From positions 292,902-356,901 of the forward strand of contig MNCI01001846.1 of assembly GCA_015680685.1 (NCBI GenBank): 64,000 nt of DNA. Direction: 5' to 3'. The position numbers and the translations under genes are program-made. Source of the stretch: Gnetum montanum (taxonomy: Eukaryota > Plantae > Gnetophyta). The notes under the pieces were generated by a model. That model had not been told where the DNA came from, searched no databases, and saw only the letters and a list, made by a program, of their open reading frames with translations. How positions within the stretch are numbered: the stretch's first letter is position 1; each line of letters begins with the position of its first letter. This document shows, piece by piece, positions 51,063-64,000 of this stretch.

Positions 51063-54000
51063 ACAAAAATGACAATCCTTAATGTCTTAGCATTTGCAAA
51101 ATCTTAAAAGAATCTCATCCATGAGATTTGGCAGTATTTTACATTTGACTGCCAACCTGATGCTAACCCTCCTCCTTTTGTATCTGGGTTTGGGATCAGC
51201 ATTGGTGGAGTTCAAGACCTATCTCATTGTCTGCCAATTTTTTATTAATATATTCTCTTTTTACTTGTTCAAAAGGAAAAAAAAAAAAAACAAAAAACAA
51301 AAGGTTCATTTTAAAAAATATTTCAAGGCTGAGCTAGATGCCACATGAGTTTGATTCAAGAGGCTAGAATGGCTTTCTCTATTTTTTTTTCTGCTGACAT
51401 TGAGATGCTTCTAGTTCATATTATAATGCAGATTTGTTCTACAAGCTGAGTCTTTACCAAACCTCTGCTTACTGAGCCCATGTTTGAATATAGCTTTGTT
51501 AAAGTACCCTATTGGACTTCACTATCAAGTCTGAGAGAAGTTTTTCTTCCCCTTAAATTTAATGAAGAAATGCATTTTTTATTTCTGGTTTGGTAAATCA
51601 TGCAAATAAGTCTCTTTTAAATGGTTTGTAATATTTGGGAATGTCAATTTTCAACATTATTTGATACAAGATTAAGTGATTAATACATGTATTTTTTTTC
51701 AGGTTCTCTTTCTACAGATACGAATGGGAGATACATTTTTGTTGATGATACTCTACATCACTGCATTATTGTAGCTGATGCAAATGGGATGGTACTTGAC
51801 TGTGTGAGTAACTACATGTTTGCTAATTGATATACACATCACAATATGAGGAACTACCTGATTTTAACATTTAGCTTCGTTTATCCGACTTGTGTAATGT
51901 AGCTTCTGCCTCTGCAACCGTAGCATCACTATAGTTATTTTTCTTTAATGTTGCTGGTGAACAGTAATGTGCTACTTTCTTTAAATATTTTCTGTTCATT
52001 ACTTCCATCCACATGACATGCTTATTCAAATCCTTATTTCAAGTGACACAAATTTATCATGTAGTAGACTGTTGATCATGATCATTCGTTCATATCTGAA
52101 ATCCCAATTAGTTTCTGGTTTTACTCAAAATTTTTATTGTTAACTTGTTTGGAAAAATCTAGCTTTTAAAGTCTACACTAGATTCCTATTGGTAAGACAC
52201 TGCCCCAATCAAGAGATGGATATAATATCCTCCTTCAGGACTGTGAAATGACGCCAATGAAATTGCCTTCATTGATGTCATAGTTACTAGAAACGGTACA
52301 GCAAAAAATTGTGTTTTCAATTTACCACTTCAGGTTTCACAAGATTGAAATAATGAAATGCAGTGGCAGGTTCATGTTTCTGGTAACTCTGATTGATGCA
52401 CAAATACTACATTTGAAAATAGATTGATAGCGGCTAGAAATTAAGAGTAACTTTGAGCCATGATGAGTAGCATACTATGTCAACCTTCAAATTCTTGGAC
52501 CTATATAGTGGCAAGGTTACAAAGAAAGAAACCTGCCAATCTTTGAGAAACTTTAAAACTCTAGCTTATAATCCTTTTCTATTCTTCCAGGAAATAACAG
52601 ACTCATTAAAATTATAATTTCATGACTGTGATAATGTTTCAAACATTTAAACACTATTGTTATAAGCAAAATGCATTTGGACTTCTTCTTTATAATATTC
52701 ATCAAATGCCAACAGACCATGCTTATGGTAGTTTGCAAATATTTACTATAAGAGTGTAATTTTATCTTTAAAATAATTTTACAGGTAACTGCTATGCAAG
52801 CTTAGATACATTGCTTGAAATCAATTTTATATTCCTTGAAGCTTAGATAGGTAAACTCTTTTTTTTTTTGTTGGAGACTTGTTTATGGTTTTGTCTTTTA
52901 GGACATAGTTCTTGATTAATTGCATCATTTTTTCTCTAGATTGGCTCTTCTCCAGGCTTCAAGGATGGACCCTTTCACAATGCCATGTTATGTTGCCATG
53001 CTTTGTGCATCTTCAATAATGATGAAAATTGTTTGTATTTTGCAGATTATGAGGTGCGCATGTAATTAAAACATTTTCATCTATTTTTATATAAGTCTTC
53101 TACTTCACTATCAAAATTTTATTCGGTTTATTTTTTCATGGAAATTCTGAAGGTATCTATTAACCTCAAAAAGTGCAAAATGTTACATGAGAATTATCTC
53201 CATGAGGGAAAAACCCTTAAAGGGATAGCCCAAGATAAATAAAACAGCCATTCGTACGAACAAACAAAACAAAACCAGGATACAGTGACAGGGCTGGCCA
53301 ATAAACACACACAATCTTTTATGTATGTGACATCTCTTTCTTAATTGCATATCATAGTTGACAAAAAGTTTTTCTCTTTTGTGAAATTCTTCAAAAATAT
53401 ATATTTTTCAATTGATTTTGTTGTTATCATTGTCTTTGCCTTAATTCCATCAATATAGGTTAGCCTGTTACACCGGCAGATGATTTAACAAATGTTTTTA
53501 TAACTGTCTACCTCATACCAACACAGAGATATGTTTTTACCATCCCCCAAGGAGCATGTGTAACTTAGACCTAATAAATTATAAACAAAATGCTTTAATG
53601 AGATTTTTCAAATTTGATTTAGATTCTCTAGATTTTCAAAGTTCATACAACTATTAAAGCAATGGATTTTCATACATGGATCTACTGGCCTTTGGTATGC
53701 TACAGACTACTCTGACTACTCTGTATTGGCAACTGTACAGTTTTGGTAAGAGGTCACTTAGTTTGCTTGGCTGTCTACTATAAAATGAGAATGCACATAA
53801 CTGGGTCATATCACCTACACAGATAACTTTTGTTGCTATTTTCATTTGCATGAATATAATTTACACTAATGTCAAAGTAGTAAATTAACTAATTGGCACA
53901 CACAATTAACACACTAGTATATATTACATATAGTTCAAATGCTGCTTTGGGACTCATGTTGCCAAGGCCAAACCATGTGCACAAAGGAATCATGGTTCCT

Positions 54001-55270
54001 TGGTGAGGACACTACCTCGATCAGCCTCAAACACAAATCTAAATAAAACCATGTCGTCTAGCATGGCCAGACGTTAGAAGAATCTAATCCCTATCAAAGG
54101 TGCTGAAGTCAAGTTTCAAATGTGGTCCAAACAGGGCTAGAAGACAAACTTTCCTAGGAGGATGAATTCCAAAATCTCAGTAGTCACATTGCAATATGCA
54201 TGTTTGGCACTTGGAACACTGGTTGGTATAACAGAGCAGCCTGAGGAGCAGGGGCCATTGCAAATCCTATTTTCCCAAGTGGACAGCTGCCGTTGGCCCA
54301 ATTTGCACTTTTTTGTATGTACAAAGAATATTTTTTGGATACCTATAGAATTTTATACCAAGGACAAGAATTCTAATATCTGTAATAGAAGAAGTTGTGC
54401 CAACCAGGTATGTTGATATTTGAAGATGACCTGTAATGTTGAATAAGTGGTTAAGAGGAAACAAATGTTGGTTAGTGATGGTGAAGAAAATACAGCCAAT
54501 GTTATCATAATTTGGGTAAACATTGCTTTAAATAGTAAGTGGGATAAATAAATACCATGTTAGATTGAAGATGAAATCACATGTGCTGACTTTATACCTA
54601 AGTTTGATGGTTAGGATGGGTGGAAAACCTTTTTTGGTCACCAGGAAAATCCTAACCTTAAAACAACTTATAAAGAGGCTTTCCTTCTCTCCATGTATTG
54701 CTGAGTTAGTTGAATGCTTTTTTGAGTTGATTCTATTGCATTCTACATACACTTCTCTTCATTTTTCTTGTCAACTCTAAGCAATTGCAACTTGAAGGCT
54801 AGCATGGTATTAGAGTCTATCACCTAGAGCTGAAGCTTGGATTGCATGAGGATATACACGTAGATGAAATATCTGAGAAGTACTTGTTCATGTTTCTTCA
54901 ATCATATAGATAAAATGATGACATTGATAATATTTGAAGGAGATTTTTTTGGCTTGAAGTTTTATAGTGACGTGTTGACATTTCGTCAAGCTTTTATATT
55001 CTTGTTTCCCTCTTAGAGCTCTATGAATCGGTTAGAAACCTATTCCTTTTTGCTGTTGGTTTACTTGCATTTGGGGGAAGGGTTTTGATCTTGATCAACT
55101 TTCTTTTCTATTCACTGGCATCATTGAGCAAGGAAATATTGGTCAAGAGAGGATGCAAGAGTTCATAAAGATAAATGAGGAACAATGCTTACTGAAAGCC
55201 GAAAACAACAATGTAGTGAGCATCTACAAAGGAGTCCAAATATTGTTAAACAATTGCTCCTTGGTGGCTA

Positions 55271-55535
55271 CATCATCACCATCATCATCATCCTAGCCTT
55301 GTCCCAAAAAAAAAGGGGTTGGTTACATGAGTTTTTTTTTCACCATTCACCTTTTGCTAGATCCTTGTTTATTTGCAATTTTTTCAAATCATCTTTAATT
55401 CATTTTTCCCATGTTTTCTTTGGTCTTACTTTTGGTGGCTTTTCTGGAATAGTGATATAGCAAACTTTTTTTATATACTCATTGTTTGATCTTCTTTGCA
55501 CATGTCCAAACCATCTAAGCGACCATTCTTATAGT
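55271..55535 (-). mobile_element. RTE-clade LINE 3' fragment
   Basis: CATCATCATCCTAGCCTTGTCCC tail; the minus strand encodes RLRWFGHVQRR near 55520-55490. Confidence 0.75.
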
Positions 55536-57128
55536 TGATCTTAGTGGCTACATACGTTTTGAAAACTCAAAAGAAAGGAATTGTAGTGGTTTAGATTTTA
55601 CGTTTCTTTTCCTACCCTAAAAGGAAGGCTTTTACCCTAAAAGGAAGGCTTTTAGTAGTGCTCACAAATTCTAGAAACCCAAAGGGGCAGACCTCAATGG
55701 ATTTGAGGTGTCTAAGGCAATGAAAGAGCTACAAGTTGAAGTCTAAGTGGTCTTTTCTTGTTGCCTTTGACATAGAAGTATATGAGAGTATATTGCCCTT
55801 CCACGTTCGATTTTAAATAAGGGTCATAAAATCAAATACTGTGTTAGTCAATTTCAAGAACAACATGGGAATAGGCTTGGAAGAAGAGTTGCATTAAGAA
55901 AAATTTGCATAGTCTGCTTATCTTGGTAGCCAAAGTAGACTAGATGTTCAGAGGATATCTTTAAGAAACTAACTATGAAACAGCCATAGTAGCCATGGAT
56001 GGATCCCACAAAAAAGGAGGTATAAGAGTGGGGAGCTATAGATGAAGTTTCTTTTTTTCTTCAATTCTTCTAATAATAGATGAACATCATCACAAAATGG
56101 TGGAGAATTGATACATTGCATGAGACATTGGATATGTTTGAGAGGGCTTTAATCAAAAATTCTGATATGAAGATTATTTATCTTTTAAATATGATGATAA
56201 AATGTTTTATGGAAATGGAAGTCTTTGGAAGTCAATGAGCTTTGAGGAATCAAAAAGATTCTTGACAAAGGTTACAAGCTGCAGTGCATTGCTTGGGCTT
56301 TTCTTATTAGAATTTCTCCAATAGTTGCTACTTATGGTTAGATCATCACCACATTGTTAAAAAGTATGAATTTTAAAACTCTCATAGGTATTTTAATGGA
56401 TTTCAACTAGTATAATATCTACATTTAGGTAAGCACAAAAATAGCTCTTTTATATGACGAGGCAAACATTAGTAGGGTATTGAGTTTCAAAGGGCAAGGA
56501 TAAGTAAAATAAAAGCTAGATTAGCTAGAAAAACGAGAGTCAATAAGAAATGTGGAGCTTTATAGGAAGAAGAAAAACAATATAAATTACCTAGGATGTA
56601 GCAAAAGGGGTACTATGTAGTAGCGCGCAGAACTCCATATGATCAGATTTAGAAGAAAGATTAAGCATATTAGGTGGAGCAAGCTAGGTGGAAATCAAAC
56701 TCTAGTAATAATAATGATAACTTTGTAGCACTTGTGCAAGTTGTTTTGGCCAAGAGCCCAACTACCAATCATAAATTGATAATGCTAAATAGTATTCTGT
56801 CTATAATGCTTCATGAAGAGCCTATAAGTAAGGCTAAATAATATTGCATCCATAATGCTAACATATTTGTAATCACACAGAACAAAATTTGGAAGGGCAA
56901 GGGAAGCATGCATGGAAAGCAACAATCCATGAGAATTTAGAAATATTTTACACCACAAGACTTATTACCAAACTTGGAATTAGTTATCCTACTATCATGC
57001 AATCACAATGATCTAACCAAGATTGTTATAAAATACATTGAATATGGTAAAATGGTGACTTAGATAATTCTCATATAGTAGATGAATTAAAATTCAACTC
57101 AGTTTTGATCATACAGATGGATTTTGAA

Positions 57129-59345
57129 ATGAGCGGGGGGAGTAGGAATGGAGGCTATTGGGTAGGCGCGAGCTGGAGATGGAGGGTGTAGTGAGTAGGC
57201 AGCCAAAGAGACGGTAGTGGGCAGTGGATCGATAGGATTAGTAGCGGGCATGCTGGCCATGGGAGGGTAGTAGGTGAAGGGGAGCGGGATGGAGGCGCGG
57301 AATGTCGACCCTATGAGTTTGAGGATTAAGGTCGTTTTTGGGGCAGGGCTCTAGACATTGGAACATAGCTTGATTGGGTGTTTCATGTCCACAGGTGCAC
57401 TGCCAAAATTGGAGGCAGTGAGGAGGTGGGCAGTAGCCCAGTGGAACTTTTGTTTGGCAGGCATGAGGAGCCTACAAGGGGAACTATTGCTGTTCATTTT
57501 CCCCTTGGTTAGGGATAGGGATCATGTGCTAGTCAGCGGGCCTTGGTTTTTCGGAGCCAAGGGTTTGGCGTTAACAAAATGGAGGCTAGGGATGCATTGG
57601 GACTCGACGTTGTTCCCATGCGCTGGTTGGGTCCGAGTTTCTGGGATTCTGTGGGAACTGTGGACCCTTGATTTCCTTTGGATGTTGGTGGAGAGTTTTG
57701 GGGAGTTTATCTCCTTTGATAGGGCCATAGTGTTGATGGACCGTATAGGCTATGCATGGTTCTATGTGTGGCGGTCTCTGGCTCACAAAGATTTGGTGTA
57801 GGAGGTAGTCCTTGAAATGCTGTTGGGGGAAGAGAAGGTTCACGTGGAATATGAAAATGTTGTGGTTGGGGAACCCTGGCGACAATAGGCACAGCTTGCT
57901 TGTCACATTTGTGGTAAAGAGGGACATGTGGCTATGGCCTATCGGGTGGGCCGACAGGCGGCGGGCCAAAGGCAGACTGATGGGGGTTGGACAATGGTCT
58001 CCAAGAGGGGAGAAAAGACACAAACAAAGGTGTTGTCTCGATTGATGGTTGTTGGGAGCCAGAAGTTGTTAGTCACGCCCGTGCCTAAGGAGGGAAAGGG
58101 CTTGGTAGCAAGTCCAGATGTGGTGGGAGGGAATAAGGTGGCTCAAGCCGGAGACGTGAGTGTGTTGCAAGAGACTGCTGGCGTGGGGGGTGAGCTGGTC
58201 GCTGTTGAGGGGCTGGTTTCACCTAGTCAAGAGGTGCCATGCGTGGGCTAGGGTGATGTTGGGGGGCTCACCTTGGAGCCTGGGGGGGGGGGGGGGGTTT
58301 TGGGGNTTATGGAGGAGATATTGGGTGCAGGATTCTCTAGGTGGGAGGAGGGTTTCCTGATATCTCTGGAATCTAAGAAAGTGGGTTGGCCTTTTGGGAG
58401 GTGGGGGCATTGTGGGAGACTTGCGCTAAATTGACATAACGTGATATTGACTTGGGGGCCCAAAGGACCATCTAGGATGTCTACAAACGTAGATAGTTGA
58501 GTAAGCCATGAGGATCCTCTCATGGAATTGCAGGGGATAGGGCACCCCTTTCAAATGTTGTACCCTTAAGGATATAGTGGCTAGAGAGCACTATGATGTT
58601 GTTTGTCTACAAGAGATGAAGGTTCAACAACAGAAATTTCATTGATTAAGATGGCCCAGATGGTTTTTGCATGTTGTGCCTTGTAGGGGGAGGGCCAGAG
58701 GCTTGGCCATCATGTCCAAGGGGTCTTTTATGATGGTGGATGAGTCCTGTTGGAGCATAAGTTTACGATTGCAACAACAAGGTTTGTGGATCACAAACTT
58801 CTATGGGGCTCAGTAATGGGAGGAACACCTTCAGGAGCTAGAGCGAATAGCACCTAGGATTGTTGATCAGAAACAATGGATTCTACTGGGGGATTTTAAC
58901 TAGCGTCTCCATCCATGGGGAAAATTTGACAGGGATATTTCAGACCCCTGAGGGGGTCAAGAGTTCAAGGAATTTTTGATAGTCCATGAGTTGGTCGATA
59001 TGGAAATTAGAGGGTGTCAGTTGACATGGTGTAATCAAAGAAAGGGGTAGGATAGGCTCATGACCAAAATTGATTTGGTGTGGGCGAGCCTGTATGTCTT
59101 GATGTAAAAAGAGGTGAATGTTGTTGGTAAGGAATGCATGGCTTCAGATCATAGACCTTTGGTCTGTATGATAGGGCCTCCCGAGGAGCGAGAGCCACGC
59201 CTTTTTAGATTTGAGCTATCCTAGCTGATGAAGCTGTCGTTGTGATCGTTAGTGGAGGACATTTGGGGCACCTATAAGCAGGGTGCTGATCCCAGAGAGT
59301 TTCTAAAGCAAGTGCTGACTTCACTCAAGTAGCATATTTGGGGGA
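57129..59345 (+). mobile_element. L1-clade LINE, degenerate: ORF1 + endonuclease, lacking RT
   Basis: ORF1 SLIGCF..GPWFFGAKGLALTKW..WVRVSGILWELW (DUF4283-like) and zinc knuckle CHICGKEGHVAMA. ORF2 starts MRILSWNCRG at 58508, with WILLGDFN, SDHRPL and RPFRFE. GC/G-rich relative to flanks; boundaries approximate. Confidence 0.85.
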
Positions 59346-59349
59346 TCTG

Positions 59350-62300
59350 GTCAGAGGACAAATTCTCCTTCAAATATGGTCAGAGAGAGCTTATGCCTTT
59401 TCTGGGACTCTATCTCGGCTGCTTGCCAAGTTTGTGGGTAAAAATCCCAAGTCAATATTGAAATCAAGATAGGGAACTAAAAATTTTGTAGCAGTGGGTT
59501 TTGCAAATTCTATATCCTCTGGAGGGAGCTACAACTTTGAATAAGGAGAAGCTCCACATACCTGAAAAAGCTCCGGTTCTGCAAAAATTAGAGGCAGCAG
59601 CATCAAGGAAAATGGAAAAAATGGATGGAGTAAATGGTGAGATTTTCAAGACAATGAGCTAGATGAAGCATATGGTCTTCAACAGCCAGTCACATATGCT
59701 GAAGAGTTTAGTTCATCTGGAAACAAACATGAGAAATTATCAGACCAAAGAATGGAATATGAGAAAGCATTAGGGGCCACCAAGTATGAAAATTTTCAAC
59801 AATATTTGGACAAAGGATTTGCACTCTTAACATCAACTAAAAAGGGTCTTAATGAAAAAACTGAAATTAGGATCATGGAAGACATGCTACATGAAGCAGC
59901 AGACTTGTTTTCCAAAGCTGCTGTGATTAACCCTTCAAGCTTGACAGTTATGGGACAGTGTGGTAACACTTTGCTAGTTCATGGACAACTGAAGCTTAAA
60001 ATGAGCCAACGCTTAACAAGTTTGCTGTTTTCTGGGAAGGTGTCTGAGTTTAAGTATGAATCTGCTAAAGCCACGTTACATGACTTGTGTGAGGAATTCC
60101 AGAGCCTACTGGCTGGAGCAGGAAGCAAGTATAAGGTGGCATTATCCTCAGATAACAAGGATGTTAGGTCGCTGGATAACTGGGGGCTGGCTCTTTGTCT
60201 GCAGGCTCAGTTGGTTGGAGCTGAAGGAGTAAGAACTGTTACCCCTTTTCTAACTATGTTTTATTCATTGGTTTTCTTTTTCTTTTGTTTTTTTTTTCAA
60301 AACAATATCAGTATAGGTATATGGGGCCATCCTTCAAGAGTGATGGTAAGTTGTTTTTCATGTTATAAGACTTGGGTTAGAGTTTATGTGCAGTAACCTG
60401 AAAATTCATTGCTTTACCGGCCATTCAAACAAGATAATCCTTTTATATGGGAAGAGCCTTGGGTGATAACCTTAAAAGTAGGCATTACTAAACTGCATGA
60501 ACTTTGGTGAAAGGAAAATCTACCTGATAGTGATTGCAACCTGATATGAGTAAATTTAGGATGTCTTCGTAATCTATTTTACAATTTGTTTACATGTCAA
60601 GTGGTGTTACTAAATTTAGGGTATTCAAGGAGGTATTCTTCTATGAAAAGAACCAGATTGCTTAATGGTGCTTTTAAGGGTAGGAGCCTTCCCAAAAGTT
60701 CAGTCCTTTTAGGTTATGTCAAGTATTTCAAATGAAGAAACTTGCCAGCTCAAATACAATCTCAAAAACATGGTGACTTTGGAAACATCTGCAGCATTAT
60801 CTAGATTGTAGGTTTTATTGTTTCAGTAAGGTTGGGGATGATAGGGAACTGGCGGCACTACATATTGTAAAAACTCGGTGCTATGTACAAAATTATAACA
60901 AAATTAGAGATTTCTTCGTCTTGAAATGGTATTCTCTGTATAGACCATTTCCTTTTATGATGAATTAGGAAATAACTGATATTAAAAACTTTTTATAGTA
61001 ACAATATTTTAAGTACAAAAAATGGCTTATTTAAGAAAATTCTTAAACTTTCCTTCCTCTAAGCCTTGTCTGTTTTACTACACTACAGATCCCCTATCTT
61101 TTGGTTCTGTTATGATGCAATCTTTATAGCTTTTCATTATTCCTAGAAATTGCTGCATTCTAGAACCTTGGCCTTGAGGGATAGTATATGAATTTTTCAT
61201 ATGCATTAAAAAAGCTATTTGATCAAACAAATTGTTACTGAGCGTAACAAACCCTTAACTACATCTAATGCATTAGATTATCATGATTGAGGTTTTACAA
61301 ATCATGGATCTGATGCACTCTTGTTACAAGTTTGGTGTTTTGGATATGACCAAGGAAAGAAGATGTACATTAGTTTTGTCTGATTAAAAGTTTACAGCCT
61401 AGTTCTTCCAAAAAGTGTAGAAATCTGTGTTAGTTGAATCATTGAAGGATAGAAACATGAAAACATAAACGGTAGCAAGTTAAAAACAATGAGAAACTGT
61501 ACATGGATTTACAGATGATTTCTTTGCATCCATGGAATTGCCAACTGAAAAATAAAAAATAAAAAAAATCTTTTCATTGCAGTGGCAACTTGTTAATTTG
61601 TGACCGGTTGTGTGAATGTTATATTTTTCCTTGATGTAGACAATTGTACATGTTCATGAAGTTTCACTTTCACATGTGTTCTGGGTATGTGTTTATTGTT
61701 TATACCTTGGGATGAAAAGCATTTGGGACATGTCCTAGGTAGTTAGCCCCTGCCTTATCATTGCTGTTTTCTTCCCAACAAGAAAACAAAACCACCAGTT
61801 CTCTACTGGCCAGATCACAACTATTATCATTGACTATTTAACCTAGTATTAGCTATTCAATTGCACCATTACAATTTTGTAATAATGTGGCTATTAATCA
61901 AATTAGGGACTATACAAACATATCAGAGAGGAACCAAAATATGCATATGGTCATGAAAGTCAACATGATGTTAAACTTTAACACTACTAGTAGGCATCCA
62001 CTTCAACACTACTAGTAGGTATCTTGGATGGTAGTGTCTTTAGAACTCTTAGGACCTTTTGCAACTTTTTAAGGTGAACTTTAATGATTTATGCTATTTA
62101 TTCTCTCTCTAATCGATGAAAAATCAATTGCAACTGATAATGAATCTAGTATGATTTGAAATGTCTTGCAAAAAAGAAAAAAATAAGAAGAAAAAAAATT
62201 ACAAACTATAGATGGTACAACATGCTTGTCATCAAATAAAGCATCCATGAACCCAACGGATGGTAGGACATATTTGATTCACTAGGATTTGCTAGTGAAT

Positions 62301-63783
62301 TCTGGAAAGATGTATCATTAAGTTCTCTGTGCAGCTCTTAAGTCTTTGCACTGTGCTTTCTGTGGTCGCCAATTTGACCTGGGCATCTACGACACTGCTT
62401 AGCCTTTCATACCTGACCAGCATTATTGTGGGCCTATAGACAAAATCTGCTAGGATAAGCTTTAGGCGTATTGAATTTCGTGCTGGTGCTGATAAGATTG
62501 GCAAATGATTCAAATCTTATTATGGCTGATTTGATGGAAGTCGGATGTCTAGAATGATCTATTCTATAGACATAGTCCAATGCATTTGCCTAGGCTTTCT
62601 TTAGGTAATCAAAAGTATTAATGAATGATGTGGAGTACAGGTTGAACCTGCAAATGGAATGTTAAAATCCTATTCAACAGAACATTTCTAAATTAGTCTG
62701 TTTTGACTCCAATGTATGCTTCATGAAAGATCAAATATTACTTCATTTGTAATCTACGAGTAGTTAGGATCAAAACAACAAACTTATGCACATACCAAGT
62801 GTTTTGCATGATTGGGAATGATAAATTGGGTGCATCAAAATAAAGGATATTCATTCCATTGCTAAGTGACTTTATATTGTTCTTCAAGCAAGAAACATGA
62901 CAAGATGTTATTAGCTGTACTGTAAATTTTCCAATTTAAGGCTTACAGTAGGAAGTTAAATGATTGCTATATTAAATAAAACAAAACCGTTACACAAGAA
63001 CCGTGGGTGGTATTAAGTATTGGGGGTGAAATGGACTTTGTATAAGAGTATTTCAAGATGTATAGTCTTCTTCCATGCTCATCTTTTTGCAACTTTTGTG
63101 AAGATAATTTCATGGAGCCAATCTTACAACCTTTTATTCATTGTAAAAACTTCAATGGGCACAATGGTAAAAATAATGTCATCCATGCTAAATTGGAACT
63201 ATTTGCTTTTCAAGATGTTGAAATAGGACATAGCTAGTGTGTTTGTCATACTTCCTTAAGTAACAGAAAAGTAACAAGATGCGCGATTTCCTACATTTTG
63301 AAATGTAACATTTCCAGTTCCATACTTTGTGTAGGACTCAATTTTTTAATTAATAGTTTTTATGTAGGATTCTAAAGCAGCAAAACAAGTTATATCTAGC
63401 TGCAAGTAACAAATTTGAAGCAGTGATGGGGATTAGTCAGATATATGCACCACAAGGTGCTTTTTTGCAATGACAATCATATTCATCATATTGTTAGTTG
63501 TCATATGAATTTTTCAGATATTATTTTATCTGCCTTGATTTCGGCTTTGAATTGGGAAAAACATAAAGCTTTGTGGAGTTGGGGATCAACAATGCATGAT
63601 CGATCACGATTACGTCCAAGTCCAAAGACAAACAAGGGCAAAATAAGGTTATTGTTGAAAGCTAAGAAGCTTTTCTAGGATGCACTCAATTTAAATCCAA
63701 GACTTACCCAAGCAGAGGTTGCCATGATTTCTTGCGCCATGATGCAGGATGAACTAGAAGAGTCTGGGTTGCATCAAGAATAA
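59350..63783 (+). pseudogene. TPR-like superfamily gene (At5g02590-like), decayed
   Basis: Exon ending 60228 (LFSKAAVINPSSLTVMGQCGNTLLVHGQLKLKMS...CEE...AGSKYKVALSSDNKDVRSLDNWGLALC). Exon 63368-63456 (NKLYLAASNKFEAVMGISQIYAPQ, needs a 1-nt frameshift). Exon 63569-63783 (LWSWG..RSRLRP..KAKKLF*DALNLNP) has an in-frame TAG at 63676. Confidence 0.78.
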
Positions 63784-63916
63784 ACTAGAGCTAGTTAAGT
63801 TTGCATACTGGGATCCCCAAATCTTGTTGGAGGTTGATAGTAGATGTTAAAGGTTTTGGGTTTAATGCTTCAGTCAACTTGATGCCATGTGCTAAACACT
63901 TTACGTTCATCATCAG

Positions 63917-64000
63917 TGATGAGACGCGACTTGCACTGGGCCACGATATCGCGTACATCCCATGCGATATCGCATACGCGATATCGCGTCCCGCCGTCAT
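63917..64000 (+). mobile_element. 5' end of another LTR of the GATATC-array Athila family (continues beyond the window)
   Basis: TGATGAGACGCGA...GGGCCACGATATCGCGTAC...GCGATATCGCATACGCGATATCGCGTCCC, like the LTR starts at 2975, 32264 and 40149. Confidence 0.85.

Larger units (their letters stand above)
43305..53557 (+). pseudogene. NHL-repeat protein gene, EMB1974/At3g07060-like, decayed
   Basis: Phase-compatible GT-AG exons 43305-43413 (MALIFANAILKWSRVLTTHRIRRLLSSSR, transit-peptide-like), 44981-45089, 45467-45555 (HPDFLTYVRSTLENLE), 47681-47770, 49174-49326 (WRDFLLFFP), 51703-51803 (SLSTDTNGRYIFVDDTLHHCIIVADANGMVLDC) and 52940-53053 (IGSSPGFKDGPF...ENCLYFADYE). Exons at ~46177-46347, ~47252-47421 and ~53459-53557 carry stops or frameshifts. 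Confidence 0.8.

Noticed and set aside
54162-54416. 84-aa ORF possibly a downstream exon of the NHL pseudogene
   Set aside because: Only a faint FWIPIE resemblance from memory; cannot be supported without an alignment.

Overview
Repeat-rich plant nuclear DNA in which no host gene appears intact. From left to right: (1) a decayed Ty1/copia element (1-4947) carrying a nested Athila-type solo LTR, itself apparently inserted into a CC-NLR pseudogene; (2) an intron-containing RPL5 pseudogene with a Tourist MITE; (3) a ~29-kb nest of four related Ty3/gypsy Athila-type LTR retrotransposons with tRNA-Asp PBS and TGATG...ATCA termini, resolved by target-site duplications. A (12419-~41820) hosts B (14711-21821) and C (25247-41445), and D (32264-41163) sits in C's 5' LTR; (4) a spliced NHL-repeat (EMB1974/At3g07060-like) pseudogene with SINE, RTE and copia debris in its introns; (5) a 3'-truncated LINE abutting a TPR-like pseudogene; (6) the start of another LTR of the Athila family at the window end. 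The most interesting system is this Athila family, which occurs in three architectures: gag-pol (A, B), gag-protease only (C), and gag plus a large accessory ORF2 with no pol (D). Its LTR promoter is an array of GCGATATCGC palindromes followed by TATAAATA. The same module recurs inside D directly upstream of ORF2, which is open for 751 codons. Family and domain names come from recalled motifs, not from database searches.
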